In this document: positions 1 through 12,962 of the stretch, in pieces | Position numbering within the stretch: position 1 is the first letter of the stretch | How the letters are laid out: each line of letters begins with the position of its first letter | NCBI GenBank assembly: GCA_976551045.1 | Contig: CDPCPM010000052.1 | Span: 12,772,001-12,836,000, forward strand | Direction of reading: 5' to 3' | Length of the DNA stretch: 64,000 nucleotides | Source: Glaucostegus cemiculus | Lineage: Eukaryota | Notes under the pieces: generated by a model | Database searches by the model: none | What the model was told of the DNA's origin: nothing | What the model saw: the letters and a program-made list of their open reading frames with translations, nothing else | Translations under genes and position numbers: made by a program

Positions 1-560
1 AACCATGACTAGAGGAGAGAGTTTCTCTCTTTCTGCCCACCAAAGGCTACAGTCATATCAAACACCTCAGTTCGAACACTCCTTACTCTTCTGCTTAAGG
101 TAATACAACTCTGTGCAACCAGTCCTCATACTTTAATCATTTTATCTCCAGTACCCCTCTGATGAACCTGCAGTGCATCACTTCCCAAGAAAATTTCTCC
201 TTTATTATTCCAGGTATGGTCTAAAGAACTTGACATAACTGCAAAACAATTTCCAAAGCTTTTGATTTTGGCCACATCAAGAGAAAAGCCAACATTCCTA
301 TTTTTTTAAAAATGATTTCGCCCTCTAAGTCTCCACAGCTTCTACCTTCTCATCATTTTGGAAAATCCTTGTGCATATCTTCCTATGGTCCAATGTGAAC
401 CATTTGACACTCCTCTGCTCTGAATTCTATCTGCCACAGTTGCCCTCATACAATCTACCTATTTCCCTTTGAAACTTCCTGCTCTCCTCTGCACCACTTA
501 CTATGACACCTAACTTATTCTCATCAGCAAACTTGGATGGACAGTTCTCCATGCTGGGAA
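1..560 (-). mobile_element. Decayed CR1-type LINE fragment (RT to 3' region)
   Basis: Minus strand TCCAAGTTTGCTGATGA (SKFADD RT motif) near 520-537. Confidence 0.65.
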
Positions 561-1589
561 TAATCAGCGAGCCTGCCCAGGATCATGTAAGGGCTGCAAA
601 CTGACTGACACTGTATTCTGGATGTTGAAAAAGAAATGCAACCCTTTTGTCCAAAAGAGACACGGGCAACAATTGAAATATGATTTTACATTCTCAGCTT
701 GATTTGTCCAATGTATCAGTTTGAAGAATTCATTAAGTAGAAAGTATGTCACTGAAATAATGAGTGATTTTCCTCCCATTTCGTTTGTGGAATCTATCTT
801 GTGGGTCAAGGTGCTGGTCACAAATAGCTCCAGCTGCATTTGCATTTGCTAGCTGGGTTAAACCCTAAGAGTATTTTGACTATTGGAGCAGTGAGTTTAG
901 AGTAAGATGAATTCCTTACACTGTTGGAAATGCAGCAATATAACTCTGTCCTTCAATCTCTGCCCTACACTGAGCAACAGATCTTCATGAAAATATTGCC
1001 ATTCCTTGAGACTAGCAAGAACAAATGGAATTTTTGGCTTGTAGTCATGATTCCCAATGGTTAGCACCTCTCGGCCAGCAGATGGCAGGTACCTGACCAG
1101 GTTTTTGTTGCTATAATTAATGGATCAAAAGTCTTTATCATAAGACTGAACCTTCCCGAACAGTTCTGTTATTAGACTAGTCACCTCTACATCAGCACAA
1201 GAATAACTGCCTCAGGCATATACAACTGCATACAGTAAATGAAGACTGTCTCCTATCATGTTGCAAACCTCAGCAGGAGGGCGAGACAGATCATCCATTC
1301 AGCAGTTCTGCCTGAAGATAATCGCACGGCCTAGCTTTTTGCACTCATGCAATGTGTTCTGCCATCATAGAAGATGTTTGTTCATGGAGTCTCCTCTCCC
1401 AGTTAGTTGTTTAATTGACCATCAGCTGACAGGACTGCAGGGGTTTGCTCCGATCCCTGTTGGAGCACTCAGTTGCCTATCACATGTCGCTTCCTCTGCA
1501 CATCTTCAGCTGGTTGGTACCTAATTCTCTGATATGCCTAGTGCTGCACCTCAGATGCTTCACTGCACTCCTCACTGGATTAGGTCCCC

Positions 1590-1940
1590 CGATCGATGGT
1601 TATGGTATAGGTCTTCACAGCCACCTCACAGCCTACCTTCCCACACCTTTGCATGATGAGCAAACTTGGACACACTATAATTAGTCTCCTCATACAGATC
1701 ATTATATAGCTTGAAAATAAATGAGCTTCAAGTATTTCAGGACTCCATGACTTTAAGTTTGCCAAACCATTTATTTCTATTTCCCATCCATTAACTACAT
1801 GATTACTCTTCTCCAGAGGATCCTTCATATTACTAAATAACTCTTGTTTCATCACACAATATTAGTTGTACAATACACTATTGTCGAATTGGTTCCTTGA
1901 CACATTGATCTGGAAGTGGATTTGAATGCTTTTCATGGAT
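1590..1940 (-). mobile_element. Decayed CR1-type RT fragment
   Basis: Minus strand GTGTCCAAGTTTGCTCATCATGCAAAG, a degenerate VSKFADD.K. Confidence 0.55.
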
Positions 1941-2019
1941 TTGCCAAGGACACAGGACAAAAGTTAAGGGACGTACTGTTACCTATGAAAAGTTGAGAGA
2001 CAAACAGAACTGGTCTTAC

Positions 2020-2187
2020 CTGGATACAACTGTTTGGTTGGTGCACTGAGCTGGGCCAATTTCGTGACCTTATAGGCAACATCTGCAGTTTTGGTCAATT
2101 TTCTGTTGGGACAAAGTCCTGTTATTTTCTGTATTCCATCGGGTAAAGTGTGAAGTTCTAGAATTTTCAGGATGTCCACTGGCTCCA
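2020..2187 (-). CDS. COL11A2: Same collagen gene, exon 2: start of TSPN/LamG-like N-terminal domain (V)[55 protein letters not shown](G)
   Basis: Acceptor CTTCTTTCAACAG|TG, donor CCAG|GTAAGA, 168 nt, phase 1-1. PVD.LK.L and [10 protein letters not shown](F/Y)P are characteristic of COL11A1/COL11A2/COL5A1 exon 2. Confidence 0.93.
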
Positions 2188-3002
2188 CTGTTGAAAGAAG
2201 CGATGATGATTAGAATTCAACTCACCCCAAGCTCTCCAGTAACCTGTCCCTCCCTCCTTCAGTTAAATCCACTTTTAATTAGATTTACACAGTTTCTATT
2301 TCACTAAAAGACTTACTGTTTAAAGGGAACATGTGAATGTAAAAATTTCACTCAGAAATATCTTTTAACAACTGACTTGGTAGAAGCCAGAATCAGTGAA
2401 GCCCCCAGTGCTGAGTGAGCCCATTGGCCCACTGTGATCATGCTAAGTCATTGAAAGGGTGATGCTGATCTTACTCCCCTATGCTTCTCATAGCCCTGTT
2501 CAATTGCCCCTTCCAGTAGGTCCGAAAACTGTTGCCAGAAAGTGCATTCCTTATCATTGAAAGCAGATACAATAGTGGTGTTTAAGAGGCTGTGGATATG
2601 GATCATGTACAGACAGAAGAGATTTAGTTTAATTTGGCATCATGTACAACAAAGACACAGTAGGCTAAGGGCCTGTTTCTATGCCACACTGTTCTATGTT
2701 TCTGATCATACCACCCGTCTGATTTGTTTGGGAATTACCTTAAATCTGTATTTTCTGGTTACCAATACACCTACCAGGGGAAGCATTTCTCCTTATTTAT
2801 TTATCCATCATAATTTTGTATAGCTTGAAAAATTCCCCTTCAATAAGAGAAGCCCCAGTTTCTCCAGGTTTCCTATGCAATTCCCTCCAAGGAGAAGACA
2901 CTGATTTCAAATTCTTAAATAATTTTAAATACAATCACACATAAACCACGTGATCTTCTATACTTGAGGGAATGCAACCCTGGACTGTTCAAAGCAACAA
3001 TC

Positions 3003-3202
3003 TCTGGGGAAACACAACAGCTCAGGCAGCATCTGTGGAGGGAAAAGGACAATTGATATTTTGGGCTGAGACCCTTCATCTGGACCGAAGGGTCTCAACC
3101 CGAAATATCGACTGCCCATTTCTCTCCACAGATGCTGCCTGACCTGCAGAGTCCTCCAGCAGTTTGACTTTTGCTCCAGATTCAAGCATCTGCAGTTTCT
3201 CA
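3003..3202. mobile_element. Palindromic (hairpin) non-autonomous element, Penelope-terminus-like
   Basis: Arms CAGGCAGCATCTGTGGAGGGAAA...GAGACCCTTC and GAAGGGTCTC...TTTCTCTCCACAGATGCTGCCTG are reverse complements. Confidence 0.75.
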
Positions 3203-3446
3203 CGTATCCTGGACTTTTCAGCGTGTCCTTCGAATTTAACCCCAATTGTCCCATAATCACACATGTGCCTATGCCTCCAAGGCCAGCTTTTCCAAAATTC
3301 ATGTGACTCCACTTCAAAAGTTCTTTGGAACATCCTGAGGCCATGCACTATAGAAATGCAAGTCTTTATTTCTTTGTATATGTGCTTCCTAAATCAAATA
3401 CAGTGCTCCTGGTTGGTCTAACCAGGGCTCTATGGGTAACTGTAAT

Positions 3447-3580
3447 GTAGAATCAGGTTTATTATCACTTACTTATATTGTGAAATTTGTTGTTTTGTTG
3501 TGGCAGTACAGTGCAAAGATATAAAATCACTATAAATCATAAAATAAATAAACAATGCCAAAAAATGGAATAATGAAGTA
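3447..3580 (-). mobile_element. LINE 3'-tail fragment (Rex/Babar-like); second copy at 46508-46645
   Basis: AGAATCAGGTTTATTATCACT...GTGGCAGTACAGTGCAAA is shared between the two loci. Confidence 0.55.
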
Positions 3581-4891
3581 CCCCTGTATTTTTGAGGGAA
3601 TTGGAAAACAATGTTAACATTTCATTAGCCTTGTAAATAGTCTGATTTGATGGGAGAGTCCACCGCTGGCTGATAGGCTGACTCTGTGATAGAATAGTCA
3701 AACACACACTCCGGTTGGAATGATGCAGGTCATTTAAGCAGCGTTTTCTCAAGCCCACTGACTTATTTCAGAGCCTCAATCCTTCGTTTTCTTTCCAGCT
3801 GTTTCTCATGCACAGGTGTGCCTGTTTAAACTGCATTTATCTTCCAGCCAATCTGAGATCAAGGAGTTCAAAGAGCTAATGTACAAGCCTGCAATCTTTC
3901 AAATAATACTCACTACCCAGGACTGAAGTTACAATAAATAAACCACAAATTAAATGAAAAGCAACAACTCATTCCAGTCTGGTGTGGCACTGTGTGCTGG
4001 TGTTAGCTCCTGTTACATGCGCAACACAAAGCAATTCAGATGGACCAATCCCCTCCCATTTGGTGCTGTACAGACCATGTGTGCTCCACTGTCAGCTCCT
4101 GCACATGTCCTCTGCATCACAGCCCCAAGTCTCACAACCTGCATAACACCTGTCTGCAAACTACAGCTGCTTCCACATTCAAAGCTCGACTCCACCAGTG
4201 ACTTTGAAAGTAGAACAAACGAGTTTAAAAAAGCAGGTGTTCTGTGGCAATAATAGTGTCTGTTTCACAGGGCTGCTCACTATCCCAAACTTTCAGCTTC
4301 AAAGCAAGCAGACATCCGGCTGACTGAGACTGCTCTGCCAATAACCCACTTCATGTCTGTGAAACTCCATTACTGCCCAGGTCTTTTGCTCCAGTTAGAT
4401 ATGCTGTTCCTGGCCCAATACACAGCACTGGGGATTTGATATCGCTTTCAAAATAATTACATCACAGAACTGCTAAAACTGACTGCATTTCAAAGTCTCA
4501 AAGTTGTGCTCACAGGAAATGATGATTAGAAGGGGGAGGGTTTGGTAAGTTGGATCTTAGGCTATGGGTGAGTTGTCCTAATATCCCTCACTTTATTTCA
4601 TTGCCCATTGCCACCTAACTTGCTTTCTTGTGGAGCACTCTGGGATGTTTTGTTAAGTTAAAGATTTGACTTCAATGTGACTTGTTGATTAAAAAGATGC
4701 AATAAAAGAAAATTAAAGTGATTTTTTTTGGTGCATTCACAAAATTAGTTCTTTCCCACAATGCTCTAGTCATGGGCAAAATGCCTTTCACACCCACCGT
4801 CATTCAGAACAATCCTTCTGCCTCCTCCATCTCATAGCAGCACACACAGAACTGACTGAGGACTGATGTCATCAGTCGCAGAATCACTGTT

Positions 4892-5408
4892 GGTCAGTGT
4901 GTGAGAAACCCATCCCCCAGTGAGGGTCAGTGTGTGAGGGACCCGTCCCCCAGTGAGGGTCAGTGTGTGTGGGACCCGTCCCCCAGTGAGGGTCAGTGTG
5001 TGGCGGACCCGTCCCCCAGTGAGGGTCAGTGTGTGGCGGACCCGTCCCCCAGTGAGGGTCAGTGTGTGGCGGACCCGTCCCCCAGTGAGGGTCAGTGTGT
5101 GGCGGACCCGTCCCCCAGTGAGGGTCAGTGTGTGGCGGACCCGTCCCCCAGTGAGGGTCAGTGTGTGGCGGACCCGTCCCCCAGTGAGGGTCAGTGTGTG
5201 GCGGACCCGTCCCCCAGTGAGGGTCAGTGTGTGGCGGACCCGTCCCCCAGTGAGGGTCAGTGTGTGGCGGACCCGTCCCCCAGTGAGGGTCAGTGTGTGG
5301 CGGACCCGTCTCCCAGTGAGGGTCAGTGTGTGTGGGACCCGTTCCCCAGTGAGGGTCAGTGTGTGTGAGAAACCCGTCCCCCAGCGAGGGTCAGTGCGTG
5401 GGGGACCT
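4892..5408. repeat. 33-bp minisatellite (CAGTGAGGGTCAGTGTGTGGCGGACCCGTCCCC), ~15-16 copies
   Basis: Near-perfect tandem units; 11-aa periodicity in the ORF track. Confidence 0.95.
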
Positions 5409-6019
5409 GTTTCTGGTACGAGTTAATGATTTGTGCTAATTATTTGTTGAATTTGCCCTCACTACAATTGAGAACACACATCAAAAGTTCCTCAATTCCC
5501 CAAGGTTATGAAAGGCACGATGTGCATGTAAATCTTGTTCTTAGTCTGCTTTATATCACTGAAGATTGCATTAATTTCCATCAACATGATTCAGTGATAC
5601 ATCTGACAATTTAACCACATTACCACTCTGGAAGCCTTAGGAACCTTATTCCTAATCTTTCCTGGTTTCACAATGTACATCTCATAATCAGACCTCCACT
5701 CACCTCCCCAGCATCTCCAGGGACTATTGTTCAGTTCCAGTTAACAACTTTCTATCAGCAATCATTTCTGAGCAATTCTGCTCCTGTCCACCCTACACCT
5801 CACCATTAATGAAGCGTTACCCCCTTTTCCCTTTCGTCTCCGTGGAATGTAGGTGTAAACTTATTTTGCTTTCAGAGATTTTGTTCTTGAAATTAACAAG
5901 TAATTAATGATGGTGAAAAGCAATCCCAGTAAGTTTATAGGACACCTCTGATCAAACGATGAGATCTAGTGGTGAGAGGCACTGAAAAAATATTCAATAT
6001 TATTGCAAAGATTCGTTGC

Positions 6020-6470
6020 TTAACCCACTCATCAAATAACACCACCCTACATACCACCTCTCAAACACTCCCCTTCTGCACTACAAAAACACTGCCCCAC
6101 TGCCCGACACACTACCCCTCAAACACTGGCCTACCCCTACACATCATCCCTCAAACACTATTCTATTGTCCTACTCAACATCTGTTAAACACCATCTTAT
6201 TGCCCAACAACACCCATCAAACAATGCCCCGCTACCCTCTGCACCACTCTTCAAAGTGTCCTTCTACTTGACACAACACCACTCAAACACTGCCTTATTG
6301 CCCAATGCACCACGCCTCAAACACTGCCCTACCACATACACGCCACCCCTCACTGTCCCACTGCCCTACACACTACCTACCCATCAAATACTGCCATACT
6401 TCATTACACACCGCCCCCAAACACTGCCTGATGTACCGCCCCTCAGACACTTCCCTTCTGCCTACTCACC
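6020..6470. repeat. Degenerate ~33-bp C/A-rich tandem repeat (AAACACTGCCC...ACACACTACCCCTC)
   Basis: AAACAC recurs at about 6121, 6154, 6187, 6286 and 6319. Confidence 0.7.
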
Positions 6471-7599
6471 CATCCAATCTCACCAGCCATCTTCTTCCCT
6501 CATCTCCACCTACTCACCTTCCCTATGCATCTCCCAACCTCACCACTTGTCTTCTTTCCCCACCTACCAGCCTTATGCACTGTCTGCTGCAGCAAAACGT
6601 TTCATGTCATGTATCAGTGATAATAAATTTTGATTCTGATCATCTCCAAACTCCAACACAGATATGCACCTATACACAATCCTCTTTACAGCTGTCATTT
6701 CACCGGCACGCCTTGTTAATTTACACCAGCATTCTAAACTTCTTTGGAGGAAAAAGACTCTCCTGATTTCCTTTCTTACTTCCCTGTCTCTAGCCATGCT
6801 GCTGGGGTTTGGCCCATTCTTCACTAGTGATCTAAAGAGGGAGACAGAATGGTGGAAGTGAATGTGAGCAACAGTGACACAGCAAAGGGAACAAGTGTAA
6901 ACCAAGGGAGTTGGGGGATGCTGAGAAGAGAAAGTGGAAGCAAACAAACTGAACAGAAAGGCATCAGAGTCTGAACTAGAAACTGTTCCAAATGGCTTGG
7001 AGAAGACCAGAGATTAAGGGCTTACATGTAATCTGATTGCTATGCAGCAGCTTCAACAGTTAGAGTCCCAAGGTAGATCTTAGAGAAGCTGACACAAAGC
7101 AAGGAGAATGACAGGACTCTTGGCCAAGGGGGAGAGGCATTCCAGATAATGGCTGAATGTGTCCTATGACTGAGATTTGCCAGAATAAACCCACGCTTGC
7201 TTTTAAAGGACAAGAGCACAGAGAGAGGGCTGTGAGGCTCTGCTCAGTTCCTGTGGGCGGTTAACTATTCCAAATAACCTAACAGAAATGTCAAAGGCAA
7301 AATGTGTAATGAGCGTCATGTATCTCCAATCCTGGGCATAATGGGTTGAGTTGTTTCAAATGTCCCCAACTCCTCTACATGTAATGAGCAGATTATTTCA
7401 CTCAAATTTGACAGTACAAATAGAATGTTTGGGGAATAATACACTCAGAATCCAACATGCTGTTTTGGAATGTATTGGAAGCTGACGTTGCATGTAGGAC
7501 ATGATTGGACACTGGAGTTTGCCCAACATGACTGGCTAGTAAGGGACTTTCCCTGCTCCCTGGGGAGGAATAACTACCCTAACAGCCCACACAGTGGTT

Positions 7600-7960
7600 A
7601 GATTACACCCTGAGAAGCATGTACTATTCAGATTGCCTGACTGTGAAAAGGATTAAGAAGCACTGGGTGCAAGAACCATTTATAAGATTGATACAAAACT
7701 GCAGGGAATATAATATTCAGAAAAGGGTGAACAGTCTTCTCTCTTCACATGACTCTAACAAAGGTCTTTAAATTATGAAAAGTCCCATTTAGACAGTGTG
7801 TTTCCTTTTGTAAAGAAACTTGAGACCATCAAAACAGAACAGTCAGCAAGAAATTAAATGGGGAATTCAAAAGAAACCTCTTTACCCAGAGAATATGGTG
7901 AGAATGCAGAACTTCCCACCACGGATGTGGTTGTGGCAAACAGTATTAATGCACCTAAGA
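7600..7960 (+). mobile_element. Old CR1 3' fragment
   Basis: Degenerate CR1 ORF2 C-terminal/3'UTR text (CTCTTTACCCAGAGAATATGGTGAGAATG...GATGTGGTTGTGGCAAACAG). Confidence 0.45.
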
Positions 7961-10499
7961 GGCTGTCTGGCTTATTAACTCACCAACCAATTTGGTGCAA
8001 AATGCCAAATAATACATTTAGTGTAAAATTTCAGGGAAATTCTGTGCCTGGAAGATTTCACTGGGAGTTATCGAATTATCAGAGAAATTTTGTAACCGCC
8101 TAATATTATGTTGACAGTTATGAGAGCATAGTTATGATAATGAGCAGTTTAACTTTTAGAAGAGAAAAGACAGAACATCAGGAGGTCATGTACTGACATT
8201 TCTAACAATGGAGGTGATATATGAATGCGTACCATACATCAGGTACTATAACAGTAGTACCAATACAATTACTTAAATTTCAGTTCTTTCAAAAGCTCAC
8301 AACTTTTAGCAGGGGTAATGGGTAGTGATCAACATGAACCAGATCCTGACCCAATTGTCCCTTTCTGGACCCCTAGATTGTACATCCAAATCTCCTGATC
8401 AATGGACAATTAAAAGTCATGAAGGGAGATAACACAGTAACTCCTCTCGCAGCAACCTCACAAGAGAGACGAAACTCAGCCCAGACTGAGGGTGGGAGTT
8501 GGGATCTACCTTTCAGTGTGAGGCTCAGCACCTCAGTGTGTGGGCAGAGGGAAGAAGATAGTCATGAAGCCCAGTCTGAAACATGGGACAAAAAATTGCA
8601 AAAACAAGAAATGGGCAAAGTCACTAAATATTGATTGAGAGAAATACAGCTATTAAATAATATTTTAATAGTTTTTTCCATGAGGTGAAACTTTTGTAAG
8701 CTGTATAGTGACCAGAGGAGAAGACGACAGGTTATCTTCCCCTCTGCTTTCCAATCAGCTCTCCATCATCTCCTTTTCAACATTTTATTTCCCTGTAAAA
8801 TACACACATCTTCCAACCCGCTGAAAATTAGACTGACAGAGCAGTTCCATCCAGAATGAAAGCCAAATGCAAGGGTGCCTCACATCAAGTCATGGCTTTA
8901 TTTCCAATAATAGTTCAATCTCAATGTCCATTCAGGTCAGGAGCTGAAGAAACAGACATCCAGAAAGCTGGACCTCCCTCTGGCCTGCTGGACATTGTTG
9001 GGAGTTTGAGGTGAAGATGGACATGGAAATGTCCTGGCTCTGTAGAGACAGAGGAGAACTCAAGAGACCTGATCTGGTAGCTCAGATGAGATCAGATGAA
9101 TTGTTTAACCAGGAAATACCAATATCGGTCTAACTCACATACTACCACATTGGTTGGGATGGATCACCTCAAACCTAGACACAAGGCAAGAAAAATCCCC
9201 CATGGTGAAGATCTCTGCAATCCACGGGCCCAAATTACTCATCCCTCCAAGCATGCTACTCCTTGCCATGTATTACAGTGTATACAGAATAAATACCAGC
9301 CAGTTGGCCAACAGCCTCCTCTCATCTCATCAGCACACCCTTCTAACCCTTTCTCCCCATGTGTTCTTCCAGCTTCTGCTTCTATGCCATCCACCCCAGC
9401 TGATGGTGTTTTTTTTCCATCCTCATCATTACTGTGGGGACAAAGAATTCTCCGAAATCTCCCACTAGATTTATCAGTGGCCAGTGGATTTATATTTGGC
9501 TTGTCTGAGATTGCTTTCAATCTGTAACAGTTGTGTTTGAATTGAGCAGGAGAGGCTTCACCTCTCCCTAGCGAACCTGTTCCACATATTGACCAATCAA
9601 GACAATACATCCAGATCTCCTGACCAGTGGAGAATTTGAAGGCAGTTACAATGGGATATTACACAGACTAGGATTGTGTTTCCCTAGAATTTGGAAGATC
9701 AAGAAGTGATTTGATCGAAGCTTTGAAGACAAGGAGTTGAGAGGGTAAATGGAGCTTTAAATCCAAGCTTTAAGAAGTGATGTCAGGAAACACTTCTGCA
9801 TGCAAGAGGTAGTAGAAATGAAGTCCAACTGAAGTAAGGGTGGCTCTTCACTACTGATCACCCGGTACTGGACAGCACATACTTCAGGAAAGGAACTTGT
9901 TAACATTGGTTGGCAAGTGCTTAGGGCTGGAAATTGTCAGTAGGATTTAATACAAACACAGTCTATTTTCCCCTGGATTCCCATCAGTATTTTGCAAATG
10001 CCAGCTGCCAACCTTTGAAGGCGGCTCAGGGATTCACACTATGCCAGATGTCTCAGGTGCTGCAATCCCCAGGACTGGGTGGGGGCAGAGGGGGGTCGGT
10101 AAGGGGGCTGCAATGCAACAGTTTGGTAGCACATTAGGAGAGGCTGAATGTTGGCAGCTTGGGGGAGGGGGCCTTTCAGGAGTGGGGGAATTGGGGTTTG
10201 TGGGAGGGGGAGAGCAAGATGCTGAAGGGCGAAAGGGAAGGTGAAGAGGAAAGAAAGATGGGGATGGGGGAGCGGTAGAGGTGTGAGTGAAGGAAGGTCA
10301 GGGGGAGGAGGCTGAAGGGGTGAGGGGGAGGGATGGATTACTGAGGGGGATGGTAAGGTGCTGTATTGAGCAGTTAGGGGTTAAGAGAAGGAGGGACCAA
10401 GGGCAGGAAGGGATTAAGGGACAGGGAGCAGAGGTAGAGGGGGCAAGGAAGAAGGCAAGCATAGGACCACGTGTGTCTGTGTCCTGTGAGTGTGGTCAT

Positions 10500-11500
10500 T
10501 CAGCTCATTATAAAGTGGAACAGTCATCAGCGTACACACTCCAACCCTAAAACCAAAGGATGGGGACTAATGGGTAAATTTTATAATGGCCTTAAATAGT
10601 CCCTACCCTGGCCAGGAAAAGATACCAGAGTGTCCTTGGCAAGGAAGGGACAGTGAATTCTAGCAGAGTCATCCTCCAGATGAAATCCTTGGAACCAACA
10701 CCTTGTTTCATTAATGCAGAAGGTCCAGCAACCCACTGATAACCACAACATGCCTGGATCTGTTAACGCTGTCAAAACCATCCACAGTCCAAACATCTAA
10801 ACATTCAATCTACTGAGTGCAAAGAATAAAGGAGAGCTTATGAAGGACAGAAAGGCGATCAGTGCCCACTGGAAGGAGAGCTTCAGGACCTCGGATAATG
10901 TGCTTCACTTTCTGTATTGGAGGAGCCACCTCTCAGTGAGGGCATTAATGCTGTAACTGACAGCATTTTGTCACCAAAGTCATGGTTTATTGAACAGTGA
11001 TGATCCTAGTGTTCATTCATAAACTGCCTGCAACAAACACCTCAAGGCACTGGAGAACCACCAACATTTTCTCCTCAAGCTCCTACAATCACATGGCAGG
11101 ATAGGTGAAACATAGTCAGTGTCCCGTCACCAGCATCAAGCAGTGTTAACATCACCAGCATCAAGGCTGTGATCAGCACAGCACCTGGGACAAAGTTTGG
11201 GGGCGGGGGGATGTGGTGGGCGGGACATTTCAAGGGCATGCTCAAAATCTCCCTGGTAAAAATGTTACAGGGGAATCGCTGGAAGATAGAGAAAGGAGCA
11301 TTTGGGAAGGCACTGAGCCCATTGGGTCTTGGCAGTAGGAGCATGCAGAGGCCACGCACATGTTGGAAGGTGTATACAACACCACAACCCACCAACCCCA
11401 CCACCACAGGCACCACTGCCTCATCTGTGACAGAGTCTATGGATCCCCCACTGCACCTCAGAACAGACTGAAGTGGAGTGGAAGCAAGTCACCCTTGACC
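10500..11500 (+). mobile_element. Decayed RTE-clade LINE (internally deleted)
   Basis: CTCAAGGCACTGGAGAACCACC...TGGCAGGATAGG resembles the LK.LE.YHQRCLR.IL.I.WQDR motif of RTE. Confidence 0.55.
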
Positions 11501-12129
11501 TGTGAGCCTGTGATACTACTGCAAGTACTCTAAGTTTTTCATTGCACCTGTACACACATGTACATCTGCATCTGACAATAAACTCGACTTGACTTGGCCT
11601 CGAAGGATAGCCTGAGAAGAAGGTCTATAACTCCCTGACATCATCCAATACTTATGTTACATCAATTGTCAATTTTAAATTGGAGACAGATGGACTTTTA
11701 CTGAGAAAATGCATGTGGGATACGGAGAGAAGGCAGGTATGGGGTTTGACCACAGATCAGCCATGATCTCACTGAATAACCAAACAAGTTAAAGTGGAAC
11801 TGCTGTTTCCATGTTCTTGACAATAACCATCCAGTCGTTCACTTAAGTCCTACTGAGAAGGAAATTTGTCATCTTTACCCTGCATTGTTCATCATGTAGC
11901 TCATACTAATGACTGTGTCACACCCACCCTCTGAGCTGGGCATTATATGCAGTCAAACCTGCTCCCACTGATTCAGTGGGAAGGCCCACCTTCAGGACAT
12001 CAGGGGTTGGCAATGAGTGCTGACATTCCCAGCACTGGGACAGTCAGATCCTAAGAATAAATTTAAATATTAAAGATCAAGGTGCATGCAGGGAAGAAAG
12101 AAAGATTCACATTTATGTAGCCCCTTTTA

Positions 12130-12330
12130 CAGAACCTAGAACATAGAAAAGGACAACGCAGGAACAGGCCCTTTGGCCCACCATGTCTGTACTGACCATT
12201 ATGCCAATCTAACCTAATCCCATGTGCATGGACATGGTCAATATCCCTCTACTCCCTCCCTGTTCTTGTCTAGTGATGCCTGGTCATTACTATCATAACT
12301 GCTTCTACCACCTCCCCTGGTCCTGCCTGT
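12130..12330 (-). mobile_element. CR1/HER1-type LINE 3' end
   Basis: AGAACATAGAA...GGAACAGGCCCTTTGGCCCACC is the reverse complement of the CR1 tail at ~12915-12960. Confidence 0.75.
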
Positions 12331-12429
12331 TTTTGCTATTAGACTTACATTGTTTAACCTCTACCTTCTTCTCAAACACTCCACCTGTAACTCCCTGAAA
12401 AACAAAGCAACCCCGCAACAAGTCAATGA

Positions 12430-12962
12430 GAGTACTGTCACACCATACGAAAGATGTCCAAGCTTTGGGGAGGGTGCAGAAGAGGTTTACCAGAACGTTG
12501 CCTGGATTGGGATTGGAGTGTATTAGCTACCTGTATAAAAAGTGGTTGGACAAACTTACATTGTCTTTGCTGGAGTGTCAGAGGTTGAAGGGGCAACCTG
12601 ACAGAAGAAAATAAAATCATGGGAGGCACAGAAAGTCTTTTTCCTAGGATGGCAAGGTGAAGTACCAGAGCGTGTAGTTTTAAGGTGAGAGGAGGAAGTT
12701 TGAAGGAGATGTGTGAGGCAATTGTATTTTTTTTACACAGACAGTGATAGGTGCCTGGAACATGCTGCCGGGGGAGGTGATAGAAGCAGATACAATAGTG
12801 ACGATTCCAAGGCATTTAGACAGACACATGAACAAGCGGGGAATAGGGGGATACGGATCTTGTGCAGGCAGATGGGATTATCTTAGATTGGCATCATGGG
12901 TCAGTGCAGATATGGTGGGCTGAAGGGCCTGTTCCTGTGTTGTACAATGCTCCATGTTCTAG
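12430..12962 (+). mobile_element. CR1/HER1-type LINE 3' end
   Basis: Encodes KDVQALGRVQKRFTRTLPGL; tail GGGCTGAAGGGCCTGTTCCTGTG...ATGTTCTA. Confidence 0.85.

Noticed and set aside
1-2019. Collagen exon 3 within the window
   Set aside because: No FPEDFSIL-like exon found; it presumably lies beyond the left edge.
1979-2188. ORF-track start 'MEPVD' as a stand-alone gene
   Set aside because: The start is GTG overlapping the acceptor AG; this is an internal exon and the tail after YPG is intronic.
4901-5426. 155-157 aa repetitive ORFs
   Set aside because: Stop-free readings of a 33-bp minisatellite in several frames; no gene context.
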